A stretch of DNA of 40,898 bases from positions 1 through 40,898 of the forward strand of contig JAHFDV010000002.1 of NCBI GenBank assembly GCA_023248815.1. The letters run 5' to 3'. The stretch is from Myxococcales bacterium (GTDB lineage: Bacteria > Myxococcota_A > Polyangia > Polyangiales > Polyangiaceae). The notes below the pieces were generated by a model, which was not told where the DNA came from, searched no databases, and saw only the letters and a list, made by a program, of their open reading frames with translations. Position numbers and translations under genes: made by a program. Shown piece by piece: positions 33,139 to 40,898 of this stretch; positions within the stretch are counted from its first letter, which is position 1; each line of letters opens with the position of its first letter.

Positions 33139-34689
33139 ATGGCTAAGCCAGCCGTCGGCGAGCTCATCCCCACCGCGACCGGGTACTCCGCGCGCATCCG
33201 CGTTGCCGGCGACCGCGTCACGCTTCCGCTCGTGCACTTCACGCGCGAGCAGCCCGACGAAGCACGGGAGCGCATGACAGCGCTCGCAGGAATCGCGCAG
33301 CGCCTCTTTCGTGCGAAGCGCGCAGACGACGCCGCCAAGCTCGTGAAGATCGGTGCAGATGCTCGGCCCGGCGCGCCGTGGGCGGCTGTGCTCTCAGCCG
33401 TCGACGTCATCTGTCGGGGAGAGGCGGAAGCGCTTTCTCCCGATGGCGTGACGTTCGAGGGATTCGCGAAGCGTTGGACCGAAGGTGAGCTCGCGCGACG
33501 CTACCCCGATCACGTTTTGAAGAAGCGCTCCGTCGAGGCCGATCGCCGCTTTCTTCGCCTCTACGTACTCCCCACGATCGGGCACTTGCCGATCGAGAGC
33601 GTCACGCTCGAGCATGCGGACGCCGTCCTCGAGGCCATTCCTACGCGCCTCGGAGCGGCATCGCGCCGCCACGTCGCCCAGGTGCTGCGCCGCGTACTCG
33701 CGCTCGCGGTCTACCCTGGTCGCTTGCTCAACACGAACCCCATCCCGGCGCGCTGGCTGCCTTCAGTGAAGGTTTCGCGACGCTTCACGCTTCTCTACCC
33801 GTCCGAAGATCGGGCGCTCCTCGCATGCCCGAAGGTGCCACTGTGGCGCCGGCTCTACTTCGGCATTCTCTCGAGGGAGGGACTTCGCCGCGACGAGCTC
33901 GCTTCGCTTCGCTGGCGACACATCGATCTCGAGCGAGGGATGCTCTTCCTCGACCGGAACAAGACGGACCAGACGCGTGGATGGGTACTCGAGCCGAGTG
34001 TGGTCGCTGCGCTCAAAGTCTGGAAGCGCATCTCTCGGCCGAAGGCAACGGCGGACCATCACATCTTCGGGGAGGGCGACGGAAGGGTGTACACGAACGA
34101 CCTCTCGGATCACCTACGCGCGGGCCTCCGAACGGCGGGTGTCACTCGAGAAGATCTGTTCGTCGAGAACGACGAGGTCCGCCGCGCGCTGCGAGTGCAT
34201 GACCTACGCGCAACGTTCGTCACGAGCTCCCTCGCGAACGGGAAAACGGAAACGTGGGTCTCCGATCGAACGGGCCACACCACTTCGAAGATGATCAATC
34301 ACTACCGCCGCGCCGCTCGCCAATGGTCCGAGATCAATCTCGGGACGCTGTCGCCGCTCGTGACGGCCATCCCTGAGATCGCCACTGAACACGAGCGCGA
34401 TTGCCCACCGATTGCCCATTCAGGAAATGGGGGCGGTGGTGGGGGTGGGCTCGCAACACCCGAAAAAACTAGAGGAGAGAGAGGGATTCGAACCCTCGGT
34501 GAGCTTGCACCCACACATGATTTCCAATCATGCGCCTTCGACCACTCGGCCACCTCCCCAACAGAGCCTCGCTCGTACCATAGCGGCCGCCATCGTGAAA
34601 GGCAGGTCTTGCGGAGAGGGCTGGAAAGCGCTTCTCATGGGGCCCCATGCTGGCGATTCCCCTCCTCATCCTTTCGAACATCTTCATGA
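33139..34689 (+). CDS. int: Tyrosine recombinase (phage integrase); the 3' end reads through the att core and tRNA-Ser on the opposite strand
   Basis: The catalytic signature is present: R in SREGLRRDELASLRW, HDLRATF (HxxR), and GHTTSKMINHY (H...Y). The catalytic domain is complete by about nt 34330. The ORF stays open through the tRNA to 34689. Confidence 0.9.
   Translation: MAKPAVGELIPTATGYSARIRVAGDRVTLPLVHFTREQPDEARERMTALAGIAQRLFRAKRADDAAKLVKIGADARPGAPWAAVLSAVDVICRGEAEALSPDGVTFEGFAKRWTEGELARRYPDHVLKKRSVEADRRFLRLYVLPTIGHLPIESVTLEHADAVLEAIPTRLGAASRRHVAQVLRRVLALAVYPGRLLNTNPIPARWLPSVKVSRRFTLLYPSEDRALLACPKVPLWRRLYFGILSREGLRRDELASLRWRHIDLERGMLFLDRNKTDQTRGWVLEPSVVAALKVWKRISRPKATADHHIFGEGDGRVYTNDLSDHLRAGLRTAGVTREDLFVENDEVRRALRVHDLRATFVTSSLANGKTETWVSDRTGHTTSKMINHYRRAARQWSEINLGTLSPLVTAIPEIATEHERDCPPIAHSGNGGGGGGGLATPEKTRGERGIRTLGELAPTHDFQSCAFDHSATSPTEPRSYHSGRHRERQVLRRGLESASHGAPCWRFPSSSFRTSS
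34473..34559 (-). tRNA. tRNA-Ser (anticodon GGA), 87 nt, CCA not encoded
   Basis: The minus-strand sequence is GGGGAGG-TG-GCC-GAGTGGTCGAA-GGC-G-CATGA-TTGGAAA-TCATG-TGTGGGTGCAAGCTCACC-GAGGG-TTCGAAT-CCCTC-TCTCTCC-T. It folds as a cloverleaf with the long variable arm typical of type II tRNAs, and the anticodon loop is TT-GGA-AA. Confidence 0.85.
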
Positions 34690-34973
34690 CCGTCGCCTGG
34701 TACGGGCACCTGAAGTTCAAAGAGTCGCCGCTCTTCAAGGTGATTCTCGTGAGCTGGGCCATCGCGTTCTTCGAATATGTCCTGCAGGTACCGGCCAACC
34801 GCATTGGCTCGGCGACGTTCTCGGTGATTCAGCTGAAAGTGATGCAGGAGGTGATCTCGCTCGTCGTTTTCGCCGTTTTCTCCGTGCTCTACCTGAACGA
34901 GACGTTGAAGTGGAACCACCTCGTCTCGTTCTTCTTTCTCGTCCTCGCGGTCGCGTTCGGCTTCAAGCGCTGA
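34647..34973 (+). CDS. Small DMT-superfamily membrane protein (DUF486-like)
   Basis: The 108-aa product has about four hydrophobic helices. NIFMTVAWYGHLKF...WAIAFFEYVLQVPANRIG... matches the DUF486 pattern as I recall it. Confidence 0.7.
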   Translation: MLAIPLLILSNIFMTVAWYGHLKFKESPLFKVILVSWAIAFFEYVLQVPANRIGSATFSVIQLKVMQEVISLVVFAVFSVLYLNETLKWNHLVSFFFLVLAVAFGFKR

Positions 34974-34979
34974 GCGCGC

Positions 34980-37241
34980 TCAAGGTTCGTCGTGTCCCCA
35001 GGAAAGAAGATCGAGCGCTTCCTTGGCGCCGATGACGGCGGCGTCACGTTTGACGTCGGTCTTCGGCTCTGCGCGTCGCCGCGCCGTCAAGAGCTCGAGT
35101 GTGACGGGATGTGAGCTCGAAAGATCCGTGAGGCAGTCGGGATCAATCGCGAGATCGCACAAGCGGACGAGGTTCCTGCGCTCTTCGAGAACGAACGTCC
35201 CTTGTTCGACCAGTCTGCGATCGCGGCTCGCGGCGACGATGGGACGAAAGAGCCTCGAAAATGCGCCCTTCGCAAGATCTTCACCGATGAAAGTAGGCGG
35301 CGTCGAGAAGCCGAGCGCTTCGAGCACCGTGCGCGTCACGTCGTAGTCCATGCTCGGAAGTGCGTCGTGGCGAGGTGTGCCATTCGGCCAATGGAGAATC
35401 AGCGGAATGCGGCGCGCACCTTCGTTGAGAGCGCCGCCTTCGGCAAATGGACTCACGAGGCTCGCGTTCGGTCCCACATCGCTCGTCACGACGATGAGCG
35501 TCTCAGGATCCGTCTCGCGAATGGCTTCGAGAAGGAGGCCGAGCGCGCGATCATGCGCTTCGAGCGACTGGCGGAGGAGCGCCGAAGTGCGCGTGCGATC
35601 GGCGTCGGTGAGCCGAAGGAGCGGCGGGATATGACGTGCGCGAGCGAGCGTATCTCCCGCGTGGCGTGGATCGATCGCACCGGCGTAGTCGGGGGGCGCG
35701 AGCACCTTCAGGTCCGTTGCGGTGACATCCCATGGCGGATGCGCGCCGCGAGCGTGGACGACCGCGAGAAACCTCTTTCCCTTCGCACCGCGCACGAAGT
35801 TTGCGGCGCGATCAAAAACGACGGTCGCCGGTTCGCCCAGCCCGATCTCGCTGCGGTCCGTGAAGCCACGCGCGAACCCAAAGTTCGAAAATGTCGTCGG
35901 ATTGGCCGTGAAGTAGCCATTTACGAAACCGGCAGGGCCCGTCGCAACGGAGAGCGTTACGACCGAATCACCGATCCGACTTCCGCCATCCGTCATGCGC
36001 AGCTCGCTCGCGGGTCTGCCGGCGAGGACACTCGCGACACTTCCGTTGGCGACGTTGGTCGTAGCGAAGTGATTTTCGAACAGCGTTCCTGTCGTCGCGA
36101 GGCTTTCGATATTCGGGAGTGAGAGGGCACCTCCGTAACTCCGGAGCGCATGAGGGTCGGTGAAACCGAGAATGACGATGACGGCGTTCTTTACGGACGG
36201 CGTCTTCGGGGGAGACTCGGGAGCGGGGACTCCGATGATCGGCTCGACGATCGCGACGCGTCCAGTCCCGCTACTGGTCGCGCCGAATTCGAACGAGACG
36301 GCTTCGTCGGAGTCATTCCCGAGCGCGATGTCTTGTTTGTTCGTCGCCGGAAGGCGCACGGGAACCGTCGCTACGTTCTTCGTACCTCGGCGATCCGAGT
36401 GAACTTTGATCGCGAGATCTCCCTCGCCGCTGCTCGCCGACGTCTCGAACTGAAGACGCGCACCGCGCGGCGCCCATGTCGTGCACCGAATCGTCGCTCC
36501 GTTGCGAAGATGAATCGTCCGACGCGGCACACCGTCGATCGTGCGCTCGCCACGCAGATAAGTTTCCGTCGGCGCTCGATAGTTGGCTTCTGCGGGGCTC
36601 GTGCCGAGGTGCACCCATGCGAGCTCACCGAGAGCGTCCGCGTGAATCTTCGGCGCTCCCGTGAAGTGGAGCACGAGGTGATTCGCCCCGGGCCGGAGCC
36701 GCATGTCGTCGGTCGCAAGGGGGATCGTGACGATGTCGTTGCTCTTCGAGGGCGTGCGTCCGATGCGACGCCCGTTCAAGGTCGCCTCGATGCCTTTTGC
36801 CGCGAGGAAATGCACGCGCAGGCTCAGGTGATCGAGCGGAACCTCCGCCTCACTTGCCGTCGCGAAGAACGGGAGGTCGATTTGACGCGGCTGGATGCGC
36901 GCCCACGATTCGCCCTCTCTCATGACCTTTTCTCGACCTTCGGCTTCGCTCGTTCCGACGTCGACGAAGACTCCGTGATCGTTCGCCACGCAGTTTCCGA
37001 ATGAGCGCGTTGCGTCGAATCCGACGATGAACTTCGCGGGTTCGGTCGCGGTCCCTCCGCTCTTCTCGGAAGCCGGCGCCGCGGCCTCAGCCTTGTCGGT
37101 CGAGACGTTCTTCTTGGAGCCACAACCGCCGCATGCCGCGATGACCGAAGTCATGCACACAAATCGGACGAAGCGTCTCTCCGAGCGTGAACTTGATGTA
37201 CGCGCGACCGCGGAACGGTCGTCGCGAAGGCGAGCCGACAT
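34980..37241 (-). CDS. Lipoprotein with a sulfatase/alkaline-phosphatase-superfamily-like C-terminal domain
   Basis: I trimmed tracked ORF 34980-37865 to the ATG at 37241 (or 37154). The lipobox is MTSVIAAC-GGCG. The C-terminal region reads VIVILGFTDPHALRSYGG...LPNIESLATTGTLFENHF...LIVVTSDVGP...IPLILHWP, which is sulfatase-like but lacks a C/SxPxR signature. Confidence 0.55.
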   Translation of the reverse strand: MSARLRDDRSAVARTSSSRSERRFVRFVCMTSVIAACGGCGSKKNVSTDKAEAAAPASEKSGGTATEPAKFIVGFDATRSFGNCVANDHGVFVDVGTSEAEGREKVMREGESWARIQPRQIDLPFFATASEAEVPLDHLSLRVHFLAAKGIEATLNGRRIGRTPSKSNDIVTIPLATDDMRLRPGANHLVLHFTGAPKIHADALGELAWVHLGTSPAEANYRAPTETYLRGERTIDGVPRRTIHLRNGATIRCTTWAPRGARLQFETSASSGEGDLAIKVHSDRRGTKNVATVPVRLPATNKQDIALGNDSDEAVSFEFGATSSGTGRVAIVEPIIGVPAPESPPKTPSVKNAVIVILGFTDPHALRSYGGALSLPNIESLATTGTLFENHFATTNVANGSVASVLAGRPASELRMTDGGSRIGDSVVTLSVATGPAGFVNGYFTANPTTFSNFGFARGFTDRSEIGLGEPATVVFDRAANFVRGAKGKRFLAVVHARGAHPPWDVTATDLKVLAPPDYAGAIDPRHAGDTLARARHIPPLLRLTDADRTRTSALLRQSLEAHDRALGLLLEAIRETDPETLIVVTSDVGPNASLVSPFAEGGALNEGARRIPLILHWPNGTPRHDALPSMDYDVTRTVLEALGFSTPPTFIGEDLAKGAFSRLFRPIVAASRDRRLVEQGTFVLEERRNLVRLCDLAIDPDCLTDLSSSHPVTLELLTARRRAEPKTDVKRDAAVIGAKEALDLLSWGHDEP

Positions 37242-37249
37242 TCGTCGGA

Positions 37250-40108
37250 CTATGGCGCGATTCCGGCGTCGCGGGTGAGAGAGACTGCACTTGGCGAGAC
37301 ACTCTCCGCGTTCGGAAGCGTTTCGACCGCAAGGGGTGTGGGGGTGGCCGTCACGACGGGAGGCAAGGTCGCCGGGGATTCGCCCTCGTAACGCTCGGCC
37401 TCGGCGGCTGGGGCGTTGGAGGCAGGCGCAATCATCGTGCTCGTGCGGAAGGGGGCGAGCAGAAATACGAGAGCGATCGCGACGACGGCAGCGCCGATGT
37501 AGATTCCGCGGTTGCTCTTTTCTTTCTTCGTGCCGTGGCTCTCGACCTCGCCTGCAAGTGGTGTCAATCGGACGTCGATCTCGACGGGATACTCGCTGGG
37601 CGTCGGCGTGAGGTTGAGCGGAGCCACGTCGACGCGCGCAGTCGTCGGCGAGATATCGCTGACGCCATAGATCGAATCGACATCGGTGCGGCCGTAGAGA
37701 TCTTGGGCGGGCGGCACGGGCGACTTCGCGGAGAAGAGGCTCGCGAGCGTGTCGAGCGTCGGCGAAGGAGTCGGTGAAAGAAGTGGTGCCGAGGCGAGCT
37801 CTGTTCGAACAGGCGGCGTTTCGTTCTTCGTCGAGAAAGAGATTCCACGGACGAGTCCGCGCCACGCGAGGAACGTCAAGACAGGCTCGATTTCTGCGAG
37901 ATCCATCGTGCGCGCGATTTCAGAGATCGACGCGCCTCCCGCAATCGCTTCGGCGATGGCGCGTGCGCTCGGCGGAAAGGCTGCGAGCTCGGCGGTCGCT
38001 GCGGCAAGGTGGAGGTCGACCTTCTCGACGTGGAAGAGGCGATGTCCCGAAAGTGCATGTGCGGCGCCACGAGCGCGGCCGATGATGGGATCGAGAAGAT
38101 CTTCGAGAGAGCCTTCGAGATTCGGCACTTCTGCAGGCGCGCACGCGTCGAGAACCGCGAAGCGTGCCGATCGGAGCGCGAGAAAATGCGGGACGACGCC
38201 GCGTCCACGAATCGGATGCGGCCCGAGCCGCGCTGCGTAGGCGAGCGTTCCGCCGCTCACATGAAGCTCGAGCGTGTGCACGTCGTCCTCGACGACGAGG
38301 CGCGCGCTAGGACGAAACTTCGCGAGCGAGCGGATGAGCGTCGTCGGTGCGAGACCGTCCATGCGCCCGCGCACGTCGCCGCGCTCGATGAGACGATCTT
38401 CGAAACGCGCTCGTCGCCAGAGCGCTTCGCGAACGCGCGCAAGGACGACGCCTTCACCGCTCTCTTTTCGCAAGAAGCCGTCCGCAAGACCGCCGAGCTC
38501 GCGCGCACGTCGCGGAAGATCGTCTTTCCACGAGAGAAGAAGCACGGGGAGATCACGCAGCACGATGTCTTGCTTGAGGAGGCGCGTGAGCGCGAGACCG
38601 TCCACGGTCGGAAGCAAGATGTCGACGAGAAGGAGATCCGGCGAGTGCTTCAACGTCAACTCGAGCGCGGCAGTTCCGTCGGTGGCTTCGAGGACCGTCG
38701 CTCCTTGCGCGCGAAGCACGTCACCCAAGAACCACACGATGCCGGGATCGTGATCGGCGACGACGATCGTTCGACCCTCGAGCGATACGTGCGCTTGCGC
38801 GTGACGACTCGAAGACGCGCGCGTTCCGGCGACGTCGGCAACGTTCGAAAGAGCCTTGGGGCGTGCGGGAACGGGCTTGTCGACGAGCGCGCGAATGCGC
38901 GAAAGCGTCGAAGAGATATCGTGCAAGACGTCGTTCGTGTCGGGAGACCAATCTTGCGCGGCGGACACATTTTCAGTGTTCGTCGTGATCGCGTTGCTCG
39001 CGACCTCTTCCGAAGCGGGAATGAACTCGCCAATCGCATCGATCAACGTGCCACGTGTGAAGGGCTTCTCGAGCACGCGGGCAGCGCCGAGCGCGATGAA
39101 ACGCGAAGCGGCGCCTGGGCGCTCGAACGAACCGATGACGATGACGGGGATCGCTTCCGTCGACGCGTCGTCCATCCACTCTTCGAGAACGGCGTCCATT
39201 TCTGCGAGATCCGCATCCAGTAGTGCAATCGACGGAGGAGCCGCTCGTCCGACGAACGAGAACTCGCCTGCGTTCTCTGCATTGCGAAGCGACCACGGCA
39301 ATTTGGCCGCGGCAAAGTCTCCGAGGGCGAGGATGTCGACACGCGCTAGCGATCGCAATTCGGCGATGGTGCGCGGCGCGGGCTCGATCGCACTTCTTCC
39401 GAATGACGCTGGTTCGAGGGGCACCATCTCGAGAGCTCCCGGCTCGAGGGGCGCGACATCTGCAGGCGGCTGGCTTTCGGCTTCGAGCTTTTGCAGGCTC
39501 GATTCGATGACCTCGTCGATCGAGGCGTTCACCGAGGAGGTGGACGGAGCTGTCGCCATCGCTTCATGAACGGGGTCGGCGGCGACCGCGACGAGCGGTA
39601 GCGCGAGGCTGCGCTCTTCTTCGTGGACGACGTCGTCTTGTGCCATCGCGTCGTCTGCGCTCGCGTCATCCTCGAGCAGTGCTCCCGCGGAGTCGCCCTT
39701 TGCGTTCGTCTCTTCCGAACGAGTCTCAAGGGGCACATCTTCGAGGATGGCTTCGGGGAGGCGGCTCGGCGTTACGGTCCACGCGAGCTCGGGCATGCGA
39801 TCGAGAAGCGCCGCTACTTCGCGTGCGTCTTGGGGAAATTTCAGCGAGGGGAGGCGCGCCGTGAGAGCCGCCAACGATTCCGTCATTGCGTCGAAGCGGA
39901 AAAGTCGCGACGAATTCTCGAGCATGTGAACGCGTCTCGAAAAGTCGATGAGGGCTTCGTCCTTGGGGCCGCGAATGCGCAAGAGTGCGAGCTTGGCGTC
40001 GGCAATGCGTCGGCCGAGAGAAGCGACGAACTCTCCGCGGACGCCGGAGAGGCCCTGTGAGGGGACAGCGGCAGGAGTCGGCGAGGGAGTCGAAGAAGAG
40101 CGAGCCAT
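37250..40108 (-). CDS. Multidomain response regulator: HPt-like N-terminus, degenerate REC, REC, DUF4388-like domain, C-terminal TM helix
   Basis: The REC domain reads RTIVVADHDPGIVWFLGDVLRAQGATVLEATDGTAALELTLKHSPDLLLVDILLPTVDGLAL. The DUF4388-like segment is GDVRGRMDGLAPTTLIRSLAKFRPSARLVVEDDVHTLELHVSGGTL. The TM helix is IYIGAAVVAIALVFLLAPF. The HPt-like segment is RRVHMLENSSRLFRFD. Confidence 0.75.
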   Translation of the reverse strand: MARSSSTPSPTPAAVPSQGLSGVRGEFVASLGRRIADAKLALLRIRGPKDEALIDFSRRVHMLENSSRLFRFDAMTESLAALTARLPSLKFPQDAREVAALLDRMPELAWTVTPSRLPEAILEDVPLETRSEETNAKGDSAGALLEDDASADDAMAQDDVVHEEERSLALPLVAVAADPVHEAMATAPSTSSVNASIDEVIESSLQKLEAESQPPADVAPLEPGALEMVPLEPASFGRSAIEPAPRTIAELRSLARVDILALGDFAAAKLPWSLRNAENAGEFSFVGRAAPPSIALLDADLAEMDAVLEEWMDDASTEAIPVIVIGSFERPGAASRFIALGAARVLEKPFTRGTLIDAIGEFIPASEEVASNAITTNTENVSAAQDWSPDTNDVLHDISSTLSRIRALVDKPVPARPKALSNVADVAGTRASSSRHAQAHVSLEGRTIVVADHDPGIVWFLGDVLRAQGATVLEATDGTAALELTLKHSPDLLLVDILLPTVDGLALTRLLKQDIVLRDLPVLLLSWKDDLPRRARELGGLADGFLRKESGEGVVLARVREALWRRARFEDRLIERGDVRGRMDGLAPTTLIRSLAKFRPSARLVVEDDVHTLELHVSGGTLAYAARLGPHPIRGRGVVPHFLALRSARFAVLDACAPAEVPNLEGSLEDLLDPIIGRARGAAHALSGHRLFHVEKVDLHLAAATAELAAFPPSARAIAEAIAGGASISEIARTMDLAEIEPVLTFLAWRGLVRGISFSTKNETPPVRTELASAPLLSPTPSPTLDTLASLFSAKSPVPPAQDLYGRTDVDSIYGVSDISPTTARVDVAPLNLTPTPSEYPVEIDVRLTPLAGEVESHGTKKEKSNRGIYIGAAVVAIALVFLLAPFRTSTMIAPASNAPAAEAERYEGESPATLPPVVTATPTPLAVETLPNAESVSPSAVSLTRDAGIAP

Positions 40109-40289
40109 GATCCGCGGGTACCAAACTTGATCTCGAGCGGACCAGTTCTCCGTTCAGTGCGGTCGCATAAGGTGCGACAATGTAAGCTCAATCTTGTCGA
40201 TGACCTGTCGTTGGCAATGCGATCTACGTGAGGCGGTTCTTGGCGCTGTCGGTTGAGGGCGAGGCGCGTAGGGCTACGATGAAAGAGAG

Positions 40290-40757
40290 ATGGTTCGCGC
40301 CGTGAAGACGAAACGAGGATGGCCGCTCACGCCCATGGTCGACCTCCAGACAAAGCTGCGCGCGAAAGGGCTGCGCAGCACCTCGCCACGGATCGCGGCG
40401 CTTCGCGTCCTCATCTTGGCGAAGACGCCGATGAGTCACGCAGAGCTCTTCGACGCCGTGCGTGATCAAGGCTTCGATCGCGCGACCGTGTATCGCAACC
40501 TCGTGGACATGGCCGATGCCGGAATCTTGTCGCGCACGGATCACGGCGATCACGTGTGGCGTTTCGAGCTTCGCTCCGAAGCCGAGGCCGAAGGCGGTGA
40601 GACCATGCATCCGCATTTCATTTGCACCGACTGCGGAGAGGTCGCCTGCCTTCCCGGAGTCGCAGTGAAGGTGACGACCACTGCATTTGCGCCCCGCGCC
40701 GTTTCGGCGAAAAACTTCGAGCTGCAGCTCAAAGGCCGCTGCGATCAGTGCGAGTAA
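40290..40757 (+). CDS. Fur-family metalloregulator (probably Zur, given the downstream CobW-type GTPase)
   Basis: GLRSTSPRIAALRVLILAKTPMSHAELFDAV...ATVYRNLVDMADAGIL is the wHTH. The two CxxC pairs are HFICTDCGEV and GRCDQCE. The start may be the internal MVDLQTK at 40335. Confidence 0.85.
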   Translation: MVRAVKTKRGWPLTPMVDLQTKLRAKGLRSTSPRIAALRVLILAKTPMSHAELFDAVRDQGFDRATVYRNLVDMADAGILSRTDHGDHVWRFELRSEAEAEGGETMHPHFICTDCGEVACLPGVAVKVTTTAFAPRAVSAKNFELQLKGRCDQCE

Positions 40758-40847
40758 CGCAACGCCCGAGCTGACCCCACGGGCATCGACGAACTCCGTG
40801 GCGCGATCAGGGTTCTCGCCTGTTCTCGGGCGGTGTACACCCAAACG

Positions 40848-40898
40848 ATGCGTCCAATCGTCGTCAGCGGGTTCATGGGGGCAGGAAAAACCACCGTC
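40848..40898 (+). CDS. CobW/G3E-family GTPase, N-terminal fragment; runs off the window end
   Basis: MRPIVVSGFMGAGKTTV matches the GF(L/M)GAGKTT P-loop start of COG0523 proteins. The location downstream of a Fur/Zur gene is classical. Confidence 0.7.
   Translation, partial: MRPIVVSGFMGAGKTTV

Larger units (their letters stand above)
18486..34527. mobile_element. Integrated phage-like element (prophage remnant or phage satellite), about 16.0 kb, inserted in tRNA-Ser(GGA)
   Basis: It is bounded by an identical 16-bp core, CACACATGATTTCCAA, at 18486-18501 and 34512-34527. A tyrosine integrase sits next to the right junction. The interior holds XRE/ImmA immunity genes, a replication module and phage structural-like genes. 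Confidence 0.85.

Noticed and set aside
37242-37865. N-terminal extension of the sulfatase-like ORF (tracked 34980-37865)
   Set aside because: It overlaps the 3' end of the upstream response-regulator gene. The lipoprotein signal with its lipobox begins after the internal starts at 37241 and 37154.
40109-40289. Possible Zur/Fur box in the divergent region upstream of the Fur-family gene (GTCGCA-N5-TGCGAC at about 40164-40180)
   Set aside because: It is a 6-bp dyad with no resemblance to the AT-rich Fur/Zur box consensus sequences I know. The evidence is insufficient.

Overview
High-GC bacterial chromosome, probably Myxococcota judging by an AgmX/PglI-type lipoprotein, a DUF4388-type response regulator and many secreted lipoproteins. 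The flanks (1-18.4 kb and 34.6-40.9 kb) carry ordinary housekeeping, regulatory and envelope genes: LysR, GAF histidine kinase, GT2 polyprenol-phosphate glycosyltransferase, L,D-transpeptidase, patatin, isopropylmalate-dehydrogenase family enzyme, S1 protease, SDR, and Fur/Zur with a CobW GTPase. The main feature is a roughly 16.0 kb integrated phage-like element (about 18486-34527) inserted into a tRNA-Ser(GGA) gene. An intact tRNA sits at the right junction (34473-34559, minus strand) next to a tyrosine integrase. A displaced copy of the tRNA 3' half, with its own terminator hairpin, sits at the left junction (18447-18505). The two junctions share an identical 16-bp core in the anticodon stem-loop. 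The element has an XRE/ImmA immunity pair, a small RHH gene upstream of int, and a roughly 10 kb tightly coupled rightward operon. That operon encodes a replication organizer, CHC2-TOPRIM primase, DnaB helicase, three scaffold-motif proteins, a tape-measure-like protein and an HTH/coiled-coil small-terminase-like protein. A separate 4-gene cargo module of unknown function lies at the left end. I see no recognisable capsid, portal, large terminase or lysis gene, so a phage satellite (PICI/P4-like lifestyle) or a trimmed prophage are both possible. The integrase ORF runs through the att core in the same frame at both junctions, so integration and excision would swap its C-terminus, as in phage Mx8. 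All calls come from reading translated ORFs by eye. No database search was run.
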